64,000 nt of DNA from Candidatus Multivoradales bacterium (GTDB lineage Bacteria > Acidobacteriota > Thermoanaerobaculia > Multivoradales > JAHEKO01). The stretch covers positions 1,664,001 through 1,728,000 of the forward strand of contig CBDFIJ010000004.1 of NCBI GenBank assembly GCA_965248055.1, given 5' to 3'. Shown here in pieces: positions 1 to 10,442 of this stretch (the stretch's first letter is position 1; each line of letters starts with the position of its first letter). The position numbers were made by a program, and so were the translations under genes. The notes under the pieces are model-generated. The model did no database searches. It was given only the letters and a program-made list of their open reading frames with translations, and was not told the origin of the DNA.

Positions 1-914
1 TTCGCGCCGACGTTCGAAGCGCTCGAAAATCTCTGCTCCCAATAGCGAGCTAGACCAGCGGACGGCTGTTGGGTCATTCCGGCGCCAGCGTATATCAGTG
101 CCTTGGGACCCGGCAAAGCGGACAAAACGCTCAACGCTTCGCGCACACCGGCCAAGGTTCGTAACGTGTTGGCGTGGGTTTCTTCCGCATAGATACGAAT
201 CGCGGACAGCGCAGCGCTGGCCACAGCTGCAGTGTTATCTTGCGAAAAGCCACCGCCCCCCCCACTGCCAGTGTCAGTTGAAATTTCTCGAAGAACGTTG
301 CGATAGGACACGGTCCGCAAGACTCCGGTCGCAGAACTATTGGAGATCTTCTCCACCGCAGCGAGGAGCTCCGCTATTGAAGCGGTCGGTTGTTGAGCCA
401 CGCTCAACTTGCCGTTGTAGCTCAACAAGACAATTCGATCTTGAGGTCTGAGCTCGGCCCCTAGAAACTTTTCTAAGTTGTTAAGGATTACTCTACGGCT
501 TCCTGGCACCAAGCTCGTATTGTCAACAAAAACAGCCATCGTTAGTGGCGGGTCGGTTGCTGTTCCCTGGTCAATTTCCGATTCGTCAACTTGTTCTTCC
601 GAAACTCGACTTGCCTGAAGAATCGCGGCCTCTTCCCCTGCTCGATAGAAGTTGGTGATCGCAACTTCCGCACCATCTTCATAGACGCGAAATTCCTCGG
701 GTTCTAGGTCCATCACTGCGTTGCCCACTTTGTCCAGCGCCACCACGTCAACGTTAATAATCTTGACTTCAACCGCGTCGAAAAAAGAGTCCAGTTCCTG
801 CTCCGCAGCTTGACCAATTGCAGACGTTTGGCCCGCGACCAGGGCGCACAGCAGCATCAATGGAAGAGGCCGGCAGTTTGCTGTCAACCGTGATCCAATC
901 TCGTGTGTCTTCAT
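1..914 (-). CDS. VWA domain-containing protein (acidobacterial VWFA-related), runs off the window start
   Basis: Not in the ORF track. N-terminal part translated manually from ATG 914 (AGGAGA RBS): MKTHEIG...FFDAVEVKIINVDVVALDKVGNAVMDLEPEEFRVYEDG..ITNF. Same N-terminal motif as the two paralogs at 1208 and 5353. Confidence 0.85.
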   Translation of the reverse strand, partial: MKTHEIGSRLTANCRPLPLMLLCALVAGQTSAIGQAAEQELDSFFDAVEVKIINVDVVALDKVGNAVMDLEPEEFRVYEDGAEVAITNFYRAGEEAAILQASRVSEEQVDESEIDQGTATDPPLTMAVFVDNTSLVPGSRRVILNNLEKFLGAELRPQDRIVLLSYNGKLSVAQQPTASIAELLAAVEKISNSSATGVLRTVSYRNVLREISTDTGSGGGGGFSQDNTAAVASAALSAIRIYAEETHANTLRTLAGVREALSVLSALPGPKALIYAGAGMTQQPSAGLARYWEQRFSSASNVGA

Positions 915-1207
915 ATTGAGTCTCCTAAACCCTACCGCCCACAACGAATTGTCTCACTTTCTCGTTTGGCCGTGCAGCATTGCTAAACCTGTATTGGGCA
1001 GGCTTCATTGTTTGACCGTATTTCTTTCGTATGATTTCGTGTATTGGTCGTCTGTCAACGCCGTTCTTTACCCAGGCTAATGCTGTAGAAAAGATCGACG
1101 ACCCCACTGGACTCGCCTACAAACCTCCTGCGGTATCGCCTAACAGCACGAGCGACATGAAACAATCCCCTTTCGTGCGGATCCCTGTTATTCGTTCAAT
1201 CTTAGCT

Positions 1208-2908
1208 ATGAATCCAAATACTTCTTCTTTTCACGCAACACTCTTGCTCGCCATTGCCATGGCGTTGCTGTCGCCTGTCCAGTCACAGGAACATCCAACG
1301 GGGCTCTTCTTCGGCAGTGTTGACGTTCAAGTTGTCAACATCGATGTTCACGTCTCTAAGAAAGATGGTACTCCGATCACAGATCTAACCCTGGAAGATT
1401 TTGAACTCTTAGAAGATGGAAGACCGGTCACCATCTCGGATTTTTTCTCTGTCAAGGGTGGCCGGCTAGATCCCCGTAGTTCAGAATCCGACCTCGAAAA
1501 CGGGGCTGAACCAAGCCTCGCCGAGTTGCCTCCCGGCGAAATCAGCGACCAAGTACCGGAAAACCAGCGCCTCCATTTGGTCCTTTACGTCGACAACTTC
1601 AATCTTCACCCGCTCAGCCGACGCTGGGTGATCGATGGGGTCAATCAGTTCCTTCTTAACTATGTCAACCCCGAGGATCGGGTACTCGTCGTCAGCTACG
1701 ACCGCGACCTGAAAATCCGTACCCGCGGTTTCGTCAATGACCGACAAGAGATCTCTGAAGCGCTGGAAGCTGCGGCATTGGTAACCGCCCATGCGGTCAA
1801 TCGAGACGGTGAGAGACAGCGGGTACTGCAAGACATCGACCGAGCAGACGACCCCCTCTTTGCACTATCAGAAGCTCGCGCCCACGCAGATTTTGTCCGC
1901 AACGAACTGGGGTTCGGTATTGACGCAGTTCGCGACGTTGTCACCAAGATAGCCGGAATCGATGGTCGCAAGGCGATGCTCTACATCAGCGATGGGGTGC
2001 CCCGGATACCCGGCGAAGACCTCTTTCTTGCCGCCACGGAACGCTTCCAGCAAGGGCCTTCGCCCGACGTCTTTCGCTACGACATGAGCCGTCGCTATCG
2101 GGAGCTAACTGCCCAAGCGAACGCCGCGGGAGTGACCCTCTACACCCTGGACGCTCGAGGACTGCACAGCGGGCAAAGCACCTCAGCAGAGATCAACTAC
2201 ACCAATCTCTTGAACGTCAAAACGCTTATCGACAACACACACGACCTCAACCTGCAAGCCCCGCTAATCGAGCTAGCCGACGACACAGGAGGACAGGCGA
2301 TCCTCAACACCAACGCGCTCGGTCCGGCTTTTCGGGCCCTGAATCAAGATCTTCGAACTTACTACTCGCTCGGGTACCAACCTTTGTCAACCGACGGTCG
2401 ATATCATCGCCTGGAAGTCAAAGTGAATCGCCCCGGGATCAAAATTCGTCATCGCTCCGGGTATCGAGCGAAAGCTCGTGATCAGAGGATTCAAGAGTCC
2501 TCGTCCGCTGCCTTGGATTTCGGACTTGAAAAGAATCCTTTAGAAGCGGAGATTCTTTTCGGCCAGACCGCTTCGACCGATGGTGACCTCCTGTCTCTTC
2601 CGGTTGAAGTCCATGTCCCGATTGGCAGCCTTACTCTTGTACCGTCTGAAGGAAAGCACCATGGACGACTGCGAATCTTGGTCGGCATTCGCGATCAACG
2701 AGGAAACACCTCGGGTGTGTTCACGCAACAACCGGCAGATATTGTTATTCCAGATTCGGACCTTGAGACGGCCCGCACACAACGCTTTGTCTACCAATTT
2801 ACGCTTGGGGTAGAAGCAAAACCACAGCAGGTTCTGGTAACCATCATCGACGACTACGGAACCGCTGTATCGCACCTACTGGAAGCCATTTCCCCGCGTC
2901 CTTCGTAG
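1208..2908 (+). CDS. VWA domain-containing protein (acidobacterial VWFA-related), secreted
   Basis: Signal peptide, VDVQVVNIDVHV..DG.PI.DL..EDF..EDG, GRKAMLYISDG, LADDTGG, YYSLGY, RHRSGY motifs. The ORF opens at 1031; ATG 1208 precedes the signal peptide. Confidence 0.85.
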   Translation: MNPNTSSFHATLLLAIAMALLSPVQSQEHPTGLFFGSVDVQVVNIDVHVSKKDGTPITDLTLEDFELLEDGRPVTISDFFSVKGGRLDPRSSESDLENGAEPSLAELPPGEISDQVPENQRLHLVLYVDNFNLHPLSRRWVIDGVNQFLLNYVNPEDRVLVVSYDRDLKIRTRGFVNDRQEISEALEAAALVTAHAVNRDGERQRVLQDIDRADDPLFALSEARAHADFVRNELGFGIDAVRDVVTKIAGIDGRKAMLYISDGVPRIPGEDLFLAATERFQQGPSPDVFRYDMSRRYRELTAQANAAGVTLYTLDARGLHSGQSTSAEINYTNLLNVKTLIDNTHDLNLQAPLIELADDTGGQAILNTNALGPAFRALNQDLRTYYSLGYQPLSTDGRYHRLEVKVNRPGIKIRHRSGYRAKARDQRIQESSSAALDFGLEKNPLEAEILFGQTASTDGDLLSLPVEVHVPIGSLTLVPSEGKHHGRLRILVGIRDQRGNTSGVFTQQPADIVIPDSDLETARTQRFVYQFTLGVEAKPQQVLVTIIDDYGTAVSHLLEAISPRPS

Positions 2909-2944
2909 ACACAAGACCTGCTCAACGACGGCGGGTCAACCAAC

Positions 2945-5232
2945 ATGAACTGGCTTACCGGCATTCTGTCCAGCAGCTCGGGACCAACCCCCCGTCCGCA
3001 GCTAGACAGCAACCGCCAATCCACGGTTCGTGGGCTGTACGTAGTCGGCGATCTAGCCGGCGCCCCGGTGATCAAGCTAGCGATGGATCAAGCGGTTGAG
3101 GTCGTCGACCTGATCGCCAAAGACATCGCTTCAGAAAAGGTAGTTGTGGGGGCGAGGTCTTTGATGTATTGGTGATCGGGGCAGGAGCTGCAGGAATTGC
3201 AGCAGCGCTGCGAGCCAAAGAAAAGAGCCTCAGTTGCCTAGTCCTAGAAAAAGTACAGGTCGCCAACACCATCCACAGCTTTCCCGAAGGCAAGTGGATC
3301 TACGCGGAGCCCGACGACCGACCCAGCCGCAGCGACTTGTGGTTTGAAGAATCAACCAAAGAGCAGCTTCTTGAACGATGGCGGGAGGTCATTGATGAGT
3401 ACGGCTTGGCGATTCACGAGAACGAGGCAGTTGGGTCGGTAGAACCAGCTAATGATTGGATCAGCGTAGGCACCCGCCATCGAACCTACCGAGCTCGCCG
3501 GGTGATTCTGGCCACCGGACAACGGGGCAACCCACGCAAGCTAGGCGTGGGCGGAGAGCAGTCCAGCAATATCCATCACCGTCTCTATTCGCCAAAGAAA
3601 AGCCAAGGCAAAAACATCCTTGTGGTTGGCGGTGGCAACTCGGCGGTTGAGGCAGCGATCGCTCTCAGCGAAAACAATGACGTTGTTCTGTCCTACCGGG
3701 GAGGAGAATTCGGACGGGTCTTCAAAGACAATCGCAAGAAGTTAGACCAGGCGATCGCCAGCGGACAGGTGGAAATCCTCTTTCACTCCACGGTCACCCG
3801 GTTCGAGCAGGCCGGAGAATTCGCCAACGCCGCTATTCTGGAGATCGACCATGGCGGCCACCAAGAGCTTCGTCGGGTACCCATCGACCAGGCATTTGTC
3901 CTCGTCGGGTCCGAGTTGCCAGTGGGGTTCCTAAGAAAACTAAGCCTTCGCCTGGAAAACGAGTGGACCGGATCTCCATGGACTGCGCTCGCGGCGACCG
4001 TGGCGAGTTTCTTAGGTGTTGCGCTATACGGGGCCGGTCGTGGTGGCGATGGATTGGCGCTGTTGGACGGGGCTGTCGCGCTCACGCCCTGGATGGGAGC
4101 GGCGATCACGATCGCTGCTCTAGCGTATTTGGTCGTCAGCGGATCCAAGGGCAATCGCTGGGCTTGGTTGGGAGCGTCTTTCTTTACCTGGTATTCGGTC
4201 TACGGCATCAAGGTCGGGGCCGGCGAAGAATTCTGGCCCTATCGGAACTGGGGCTATCAAGCGATGTCCTTTTTTGACCGACCATGGGCCTTTTGGTACA
4301 CCGTCTTGTACACCGGGCTGATGACCGTGTTTGGTATCCAGGCGATGAAACGCTGGGGATTCGATCGCAAGGACCGCTTCCAGATTTGGCGCTACACCAG
4401 TTTGATTAGTTTTCAGTGGTTGTTTTTCTTCTTGATTCCAGAGTTCTTGTTTCGCTGGGCGGTGCAGTATCAGTGGATTGGCGAAAAGCTGGCCACCGAT
4501 CCGCAGTTCGCCGATCAAGCCTGGCGATCGTACGGAATCGTCTACGCCTGGCCACTATTTTTCTATACCTGGCTCTACGACCCGCACCAGATCTGGGTGA
4601 TATGGGGGGCTGTACTGACCTTCATCTTGATTCCCATCTTGGTGTTGTTTCAGGGCAAGCGCTATTGCTCCTGGATTTGTGGTTGCGGCGGATTGGCTGA
4701 GACCTTCGGAGATCGATGGCGCCACTTGGCCCCCAAGGGTCGTTTGTCTATCAAAATGGAAGAAATGGCCAACCTGGTTTTGTTGTTCGCGGTCGTGGCC
4801 ACTGCGATTCTGCTCACCCGAGACATCACCGGGATGTGGAATACCGGCGACGTCGCCGCTTATCTTTATCACATCGTCGCTGACGTCTGGCTGGTCGGCA
4901 TTCTGCCGGTAACGCTATACCCGTTTCTCGGCGGCAAGGTTTGGTGTCGCTACTGGTGTCCCCTGGCGAAAATGATGCAGTTCCAATCGGCATTCTTCGC
5001 CAAACTCGGTTGGTCTCGATTCGCCATCGTCGCTGACGATAAGTGCATCTCCTGTAACGAATGTTCTCGCTATTGTCAGGTCGGGATCGACGTTATGCAG
5101 TACGCGATGAAACAGGAAAAGCTCGACAATGAGACCTCCTCCTGCATCGGTTGCGGGATCTGCGTTACGGTCTGCCCAATGGATACTCTGTCGTATGAAA
5201 ACAGCAAAACTGATTTGCCGATTGTTTCCTAG
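2945..5232 (+). CDS. FAD/NAD(P)-dependent oxidoreductase (TrxB/YpdA-like) fused to a polytopic membrane 4Fe-4S domain; frameshift near 3135-3152
   Basis: DVLVIGAGAAG, ILATG and VVGGGNSA motifs. Many TM segments, CSWICGCG and WCRYWCP motifs, and two CxxCxxCxxxC ferredoxin motifs. ORFs 2945-3175 and 3169-5232 join if one base is added. Confidence 0.8.
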
Positions 5233-5280
5233 CCAGGGGCAACTCTCACTTCAAACACCCCATGTCGGATCAGTCGGGGA

Positions 5281-5296
5281 TGGCGCAAAAGATGCA
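5281..5296 (+). promoter_or_regulatory. Candidate sigma-54 (-24/-12) promoter
   Basis: TGGCGCAAAAGATGCA has GG-N10-GC spacing and lies about 57 nt upstream of the VWA gene. Confidence 0.45.
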
Positions 5297-5352
5297 ACGA
5301 CTTTTGGCTTCACGATCGCCTAACACTCAGTCACAAAAGCAAACAAAACACC

Positions 5353-7098
5353 ATGAAAAAGAACCTCCTTGCCGCGATCTTCATTATCGCATTCAGTCTC
5401 GTTGCCCAGATCGCTCAGTCTCAGTCTCAGCCTGGCGCCGAATCCGCTTCGGAAACTGGCTTCGTCGAGCAACTCGACGTCCGGGTGGTCAACGTCGATG
5501 TCTACGTCAGTGACAAAGATGGGCAACCGGTTAACGGTCTTACTGCCGATGACTTTTCGATGACGGTCGATGGCAGGCCGGTCGCGATCTCCAATTTCTA
5601 CGCAGTGGTAGACGCCAAACCATCTTTGGTGCGTTCCGTTTCGGGGCGTACCGAAATAGATTTGGTCGAGGAATCTCCAGTTGACCCATCCTCCACCGAA
5701 GCGGCCGCCGAGCTACCCGAAGATCAACGACTTTGGTTGATGATCTACGTTGACAACTACAACGTCGAAGCGATTCATCGTAATCGCGTCCTTCGAGAGA
5801 TGGTGACGTTTCTCAACGGCAGCTTGCAACCAGATGATCGGGTGATGATTGTCTCGTATGAGCGCAGCCTCCATACGCGTCATTCGTTCCACGACGATCC
5901 GTCAGCCGCCACAGAGGCCCTACTGGCGCTGCAGACCACCGCAACATTTCGCGAGCAACGCCAAGCCGAGTGGGAAGACTCGTTGGGTCTGATTGAAGAC
6001 TCTAGGGCTTTTCCCGAAGCTCTAGATTGGGCAGAAACTCACGCCGAATATATTGAGAACGAACGGTCATTCACACTCACGGCGCTGAACGGATTTGTCG
6101 ATAGCTTGCGTGGCCTTCCCGGCCGCAAGGCGCTGATCTATGTTAGCGATGGTATTCCTCTTCGAGCTGCCGATTCCCTGTTCCAGGCAGTCGATTATCG
6201 GTTTCGCGGCGGTGGCCATACCGGAGACGCACCGACAGGCAATCGAAGCGCAATCCTGAGCGGGTTTGAGTACGATTCGACCAATGATCTAGACCGCCTC
6301 GCGATCAAGGCTAGCAGCGCTCAAGTTGCTTTCTACCCGATCGACGCTGCCGGACAACGCGCCCCGATCATGCTCAACCCGCAATACGGAGATCTGCAAA
6401 TTCAAGGAATGGGAACTCTGGTGGGATCTGCGCGCAAAGCGAACCTACAGGGTTCTCTGGCCCGCATTGCTGAGAGAACTGGAGGTAAGGCTCTACTCAA
6501 TCGAACCAGGGCACTTCCAGGACTGGCAGAAATTGAACAAGGGCTTCGCAACTACTACTCGCTAGGCTTCACTCCTTCGACGGTAGCGGACAGTAGATTC
6601 CGTAACATCGAGGTCCGGCTGAAAAAGAAAGGCCTACGAGTTCGTCATCGCCAAGGGTACCGGGCTCTTTCCCTGGCCGAACGCTTGGCTGATAAGACCC
6701 ATGCAGCTCTCGTTCACAGCTTTGAAGATTCGTCAGAGGTTATCGACTTGGCGTTCGGGCGGGCGGGCGACGAAGAACACGGTCAATGGCTCCAACCCGT
6801 CGAGGTGCGCATTCCGCTGGGAGCTTTGACCTATGTCCCTCGGGACGACGGTGGTGAGTCCGCTCGCGTTCGCGTTGCGCTTGCCACCGCGGACGAGAAA
6901 GGTAGAACTTCTGCCGTGGATCAATCGACAATGACCATTGAGGTAGAACCGGAAGATGTTGGTCAAGTCGCCGACAAGCACTTCGTGGCGTCGTTTGAAC
7001 TCCTGATCCGCGAAGGCGGGCACAAGGTCGCCGCTACCGTCCACGATGAAACTAGTTCCAAGTCGTGGACCGAGTCAGGCGTAGTTTTGGTCAACTAG
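5353..7098 (+). CDS. VWA domain-containing protein (acidobacterial VWFA-related), secreted
   Basis: Signal peptide, LDVRVVNVDVYV, GRKALIYVSDG, IAERTGG and YYSLGF motifs; paralog of 1208-2908. Confidence 0.85.
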   Translation: MKKNLLAAIFIIAFSLVAQIAQSQSQPGAESASETGFVEQLDVRVVNVDVYVSDKDGQPVNGLTADDFSMTVDGRPVAISNFYAVVDAKPSLVRSVSGRTEIDLVEESPVDPSSTEAAAELPEDQRLWLMIYVDNYNVEAIHRNRVLREMVTFLNGSLQPDDRVMIVSYERSLHTRHSFHDDPSAATEALLALQTTATFREQRQAEWEDSLGLIEDSRAFPEALDWAETHAEYIENERSFTLTALNGFVDSLRGLPGRKALIYVSDGIPLRAADSLFQAVDYRFRGGGHTGDAPTGNRSAILSGFEYDSTNDLDRLAIKASSAQVAFYPIDAAGQRAPIMLNPQYGDLQIQGMGTLVGSARKANLQGSLARIAERTGGKALLNRTRALPGLAEIEQGLRNYYSLGFTPSTVADSRFRNIEVRLKKKGLRVRHRQGYRALSLAERLADKTHAALVHSFEDSSEVIDLAFGRAGDEEHGQWLQPVEVRIPLGALTYVPRDDGGESARVRVALATADEKGRTSAVDQSTMTIEVEPEDVGQVADKHFVASFELLIREGGHKVAATVHDETSSKSWTESGVVLVN

Positions 7099-8717
7099 CT
7101 TGGAGGCGCGAAGACTTCTCCCCGTGCGAAAACAGGCCAAGGGGTGACCGGAACCCGCCCAGACTCCAGTGCAACTAACGTCTCGCGTAGATAACCAAAT
7201 TCCTCTCCAGACGCGCGAGCGATCTCGATCGCTTGGAGCTGTACTTGTGCAGCTTGGGTGAAGTCTCCTGCGGACGCCAGAGCCAGAGCTAGAGCGTCAG
7301 CGTGTCCTGGTGTCGGAAAAGCGTCAAATAGCGAGCGAGCGATCCCCAACGCTCGCTCCGCGTTTCTTGTTTGCGGGCAAGTCGCCAATAGTCGCGCCAA
7401 CGCATGAGCCGCAATCGCGTCATTGGGACGCTCCTCAACTCCCGCGGAAACCAGATAGGTAGCACCTTCACATTGACCCAGTAGACCCATCTGCGTCGCT
7501 TCGCTGACACGAAACTCGGCGATTTCCGGATATCCTTTTCTCAATTCTTGGTAAATCTCCAGAGCCAGCCCTGGACGCTGACTGTGCTCAAAGGCCTGAG
7601 CCAATGCAGCACGATCGGTTCGATCCGCACCATCCAGCTGAGTCACCACACGGAGTTCACGCTCCGCGGTCGGCCAGTCTCGTTCCTGAATCGCGATCTG
7701 GGCCAGAAGACGGCGAGCATCGAGGTTCTCTTCCGACAGAAACAGAGCTAACCGTAGCTGTTCCTCGGCCTTGTCGCTGGCGTTTCGATTCAGCAAAAGT
7801 TTAGCCCATGAAACTCTCGCCCCTGGGGACAACGGATCAATGGTGATCGCTCGGACCAATTGTTTCTCCGCTTGTTCAAAATCTTCCGCCTTGGCGCTCT
7901 CGCTCGCCTGACGCATAACATCGCTCCATCCCTCCCCGAGTTGATAGGTGCGAAGGAGAAGTGGGTCGTCCAAACGCACACCTTGATCGCCACTTTGGGC
8001 AAGCTGCTCAACCGCGTCTTCCTCGCGGCCTAGATCCCGGTAGGTCAACCCGAGCGGAGTTCGCACAGCGGCTGCTTCCGGTTGGATGTCGAGGACTCTT
8101 TGAAATAACGATACTGCTTGATCCAACCGACCGTCATTTCTTGCATCTTGGCCAAGAGCAAAGATTGCAGCAGCACAGTTTGGATCCTGTTCGAGAGCCT
8201 GGGTTAGCGATTCCAAAGCGCGTTCTCTGTCTTCTTGGTCTCGGAGGATCTCCCCCAAACGAACCAAAGACGGAACATCTCGCGGTTGCAATTCAGCTGA
8301 TCGTTCAAAGTCCTCCGTCGCCAAGATCAGATCATTCATTCGACGCAACGCCGTACCACGCAGAAAGAACCAACGGTAATCTACGCCATTCAAAGAAATC
8401 GCTTGGCGATAGAACTCCAGTGCTTCAGGAAACAGACCGTACGCGTGGTACAACATACCTACTTCTGCATAGGCCTCTGATTTCTTGTTCGCCGGAATTT
8501 CCAAATTGTCCTGAATACGTTGATTCCAAGCTTCTCGATCCCGCAGCCGCACTAAGACCGCCCCATCTAGGCGCTCCTCAAGAGTCATAACCTGTACCGG
8601 GGTCAGCTCCGGTGAAGTTGCGTTACTACCCGTAGCCGCAGATGACCGATCTGCACTCTCACCGCAACCGAAGCAGACGGTTAACAGCACGATGGCAATT
8701 CTCGCCTTACAATTCAT
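7095..8717 (-). CDS. TPR-repeat protein, probable lipoprotein
   Basis: MNCKARIAIVLLTVCFGC lipobox-like N-terminus, many TPR-like helices and a C-terminal LARLLATC motif. Start overlaps the upstream stop. Confidence 0.8.
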   Translation of the reverse strand: MNCKARIAIVLLTVCFGCGESADRSSAATGSNATSPELTPVQVMTLEERLDGAVLVRLRDREAWNQRIQDNLEIPANKKSEAYAEVGMLYHAYGLFPEALEFYRQAISLNGVDYRWFFLRGTALRRMNDLILATEDFERSAELQPRDVPSLVRLGEILRDQEDRERALESLTQALEQDPNCAAAIFALGQDARNDGRLDQAVSLFQRVLDIQPEAAAVRTPLGLTYRDLGREEDAVEQLAQSGDQGVRLDDPLLLRTYQLGEGWSDVMRQASESAKAEDFEQAEKQLVRAITIDPLSPGARVSWAKLLLNRNASDKAEEQLRLALFLSEENLDARRLLAQIAIQERDWPTAERELRVVTQLDGADRTDRAALAQAFEHSQRPGLALEIYQELRKGYPEIAEFRVSEATQMGLLGQCEGATYLVSAGVEERPNDAIAAHALARLLATCPQTRNAERALGIARSLFDAFPTPGHADALALALASAGDFTQAAQVQLQAIEIARASGEEFGYLRETLVALESGRVPVTPWPVFARGEVFAPPS

Positions 8718-10407
8718 GGCAGGTATCAGAACTCGGTTCAAGGGTAGTGTAACGCCCTTGTGGCGGAACCGAACATACAACGACCTTGCCCGTTGGCCAT
8801 TCGATCACCAGCCGAGATGGCTTCGCAGTACCAACGAGTCCAAAGATTACGCGTGGATCGTGAGCGGAGAGGAAACTGCCTGACGTTTGCACGGTCCGAA
8901 GAATCTGACTGCCGTCCGCGAAGTAGAGGTGAACCACAGCACCCAGCGCTGGCCGAGCTTGTTGAGAGTCCATTCTAAGATCCAGCCCCAACCATTGACC
9001 TGTCGGCTCCAGCTGGTTAATCAACAGTTCGACCGGCCCATTGTTATTGGTTATCAGTGCGTCGATATCGCCATCATTGTCTATGTCACCGGAGGCGACA
9101 CCTCGGCTGACTCGCAGCCGCTGCAAAGCCGAGAAAGCCGAAGTCGTCAGCTCTTCAAACCGTCCATCACCTTGATTGCCAAATAGTTGATTTGGCTGAC
9201 TCAAAGCCAGCAGATCGCCGGCTTCCAATTGTTCTTGAATCCGACGCACCGATCCGTTCGCCACCAATAGGTCGAGATCCGAATCGTTGTCGTAGTCCAG
9301 AGCGCGGGTTCCAAACGAAGTAAACGGCAAGCTCGATGGCCCGAGCTGAGTCATCGAGGTGGTATCGGAAAAGACCCCATTGGCGCGCCCGGAATAGAGG
9401 GTATTGGTTTCATTCTTGAGATGGGTGAGGAAGATGTCGAGGATGCCATCCGAATTGAGGTCTGCCACCTCGACTCCCATGCTGGCTTCCGCCATTCCTT
9501 CTGCATTGACGCTGGTGCCGCTGATGCGAGAGCGGTTCTCGAAAGTTCCGTCTCCCAAGTTTACCCACAAGTAGTTTTCCATCTGGTCGTTAGCGACGTA
9601 TAGATCGACTAAGCCGTCGCCATTGAAATCCGCCGAAACGGCTCCCAAGCATGCACCCTCGAGACCAGCGATTCCAGACGTCGTTGAAACATCTTCAAAC
9701 CGACCATTTCCAAGGTTACGAAACAGTCTGTCGGAAAGAGCTGGAAAGGTCTTTGGGCCACAGTAATCTTCTATTCCGCTGTAAGCCGTACATCGGTAGT
9801 GGTTGTTGATCGTCGAATCAATATATGCGCCAACAAATAAATCCAAATAGCCGTCCCGGTCATAGTCAAAAAACACTGCCGTAGTATTCCAGCGGCTATC
9901 GCCGACCCCGGCTTTGACGGTTACATCTTCAAATGTCCCGTCTCCTAGGTTTCGTAGGAGTCGATTGTCTGTGTAGCTTGTCAGGTAGAGATCGATCCAG
10001 CCGTCATTGTCAAAATCTCCGGTTGCAACTCCTTGTCCGTAGCTATATCGCTCCGGCAGGGCAGTTGCTGAAACATCCTCAAACCGTAGGCTGCCATCTT
10101 CTACCAGTTGATTTTGGAACAATCGATCGTTCCCCAGCGCTGTTGTAGCCGAAGTCAACCGCGGACCAAGCTGTCCACCATCAACAAGAAACACGTCGAG
10201 GTCCCCGTCATTATCGAAATCGAACAGCGCCGCCCCCGACCCAACCATTTCCACCATATAGATCTCGCCCGTCATCCCGTTGTTGTGAACAAAGTCCAAG
10301 CCAAGGCTTGTAGCCGAATCAACAAACAGTTCGTGCGGACCTTCGATCTCAGTTGACCGCGAACACGAAAACACGACGATCAAAATCGCCGTTAGAGACG
10401 CTGACAC
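8707..10407 (-). CDS. CRTAC1-family protein (FG-GAP/VCBS repeats + ASPIC/UnbV)
   Basis: Repeated D(F/Y)DNDG.LD Ca-blade motifs; C-terminal GSFLS..DPRVIFGL...IEWP.G. Confidence 0.9.
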   Translation of the reverse strand: MSASLTAILIVVFSCSRSTEIEGPHELFVDSATSLGLDFVHNNGMTGEIYMVEMVGSGAALFDFDNDGDLDVFLVDGGQLGPRLTSATTALGNDRLFQNQLVEDGSLRFEDVSATALPERYSYGQGVATGDFDNDGWIDLYLTSYTDNRLLRNLGDGTFEDVTVKAGVGDSRWNTTAVFFDYDRDGYLDLFVGAYIDSTINNHYRCTAYSGIEDYCGPKTFPALSDRLFRNLGNGRFEDVSTTSGIAGLEGACLGAVSADFNGDGLVDLYVANDQMENYLWVNLGDGTFENRSRISGTSVNAEGMAEASMGVEVADLNSDGILDIFLTHLKNETNTLYSGRANGVFSDTTSMTQLGPSSLPFTSFGTRALDYDNDSDLDLLVANGSVRRIQEQLEAGDLLALSQPNQLFGNQGDGRFEELTTSAFSALQRLRVSRGVASGDIDNDGDIDALITNNNGPVELLINQLEPTGQWLGLDLRMDSQQARPALGAVVHLYFADGSQILRTVQTSGSFLSAHDPRVIFGLVGTAKPSRLVIEWPTGKVVVCSVPPQGRYTTLEPSSDTCHEL

Positions 10408-10442
10408 CTCCCAATGGCTCCATTTTCGTCCGGCTCTCAGGT

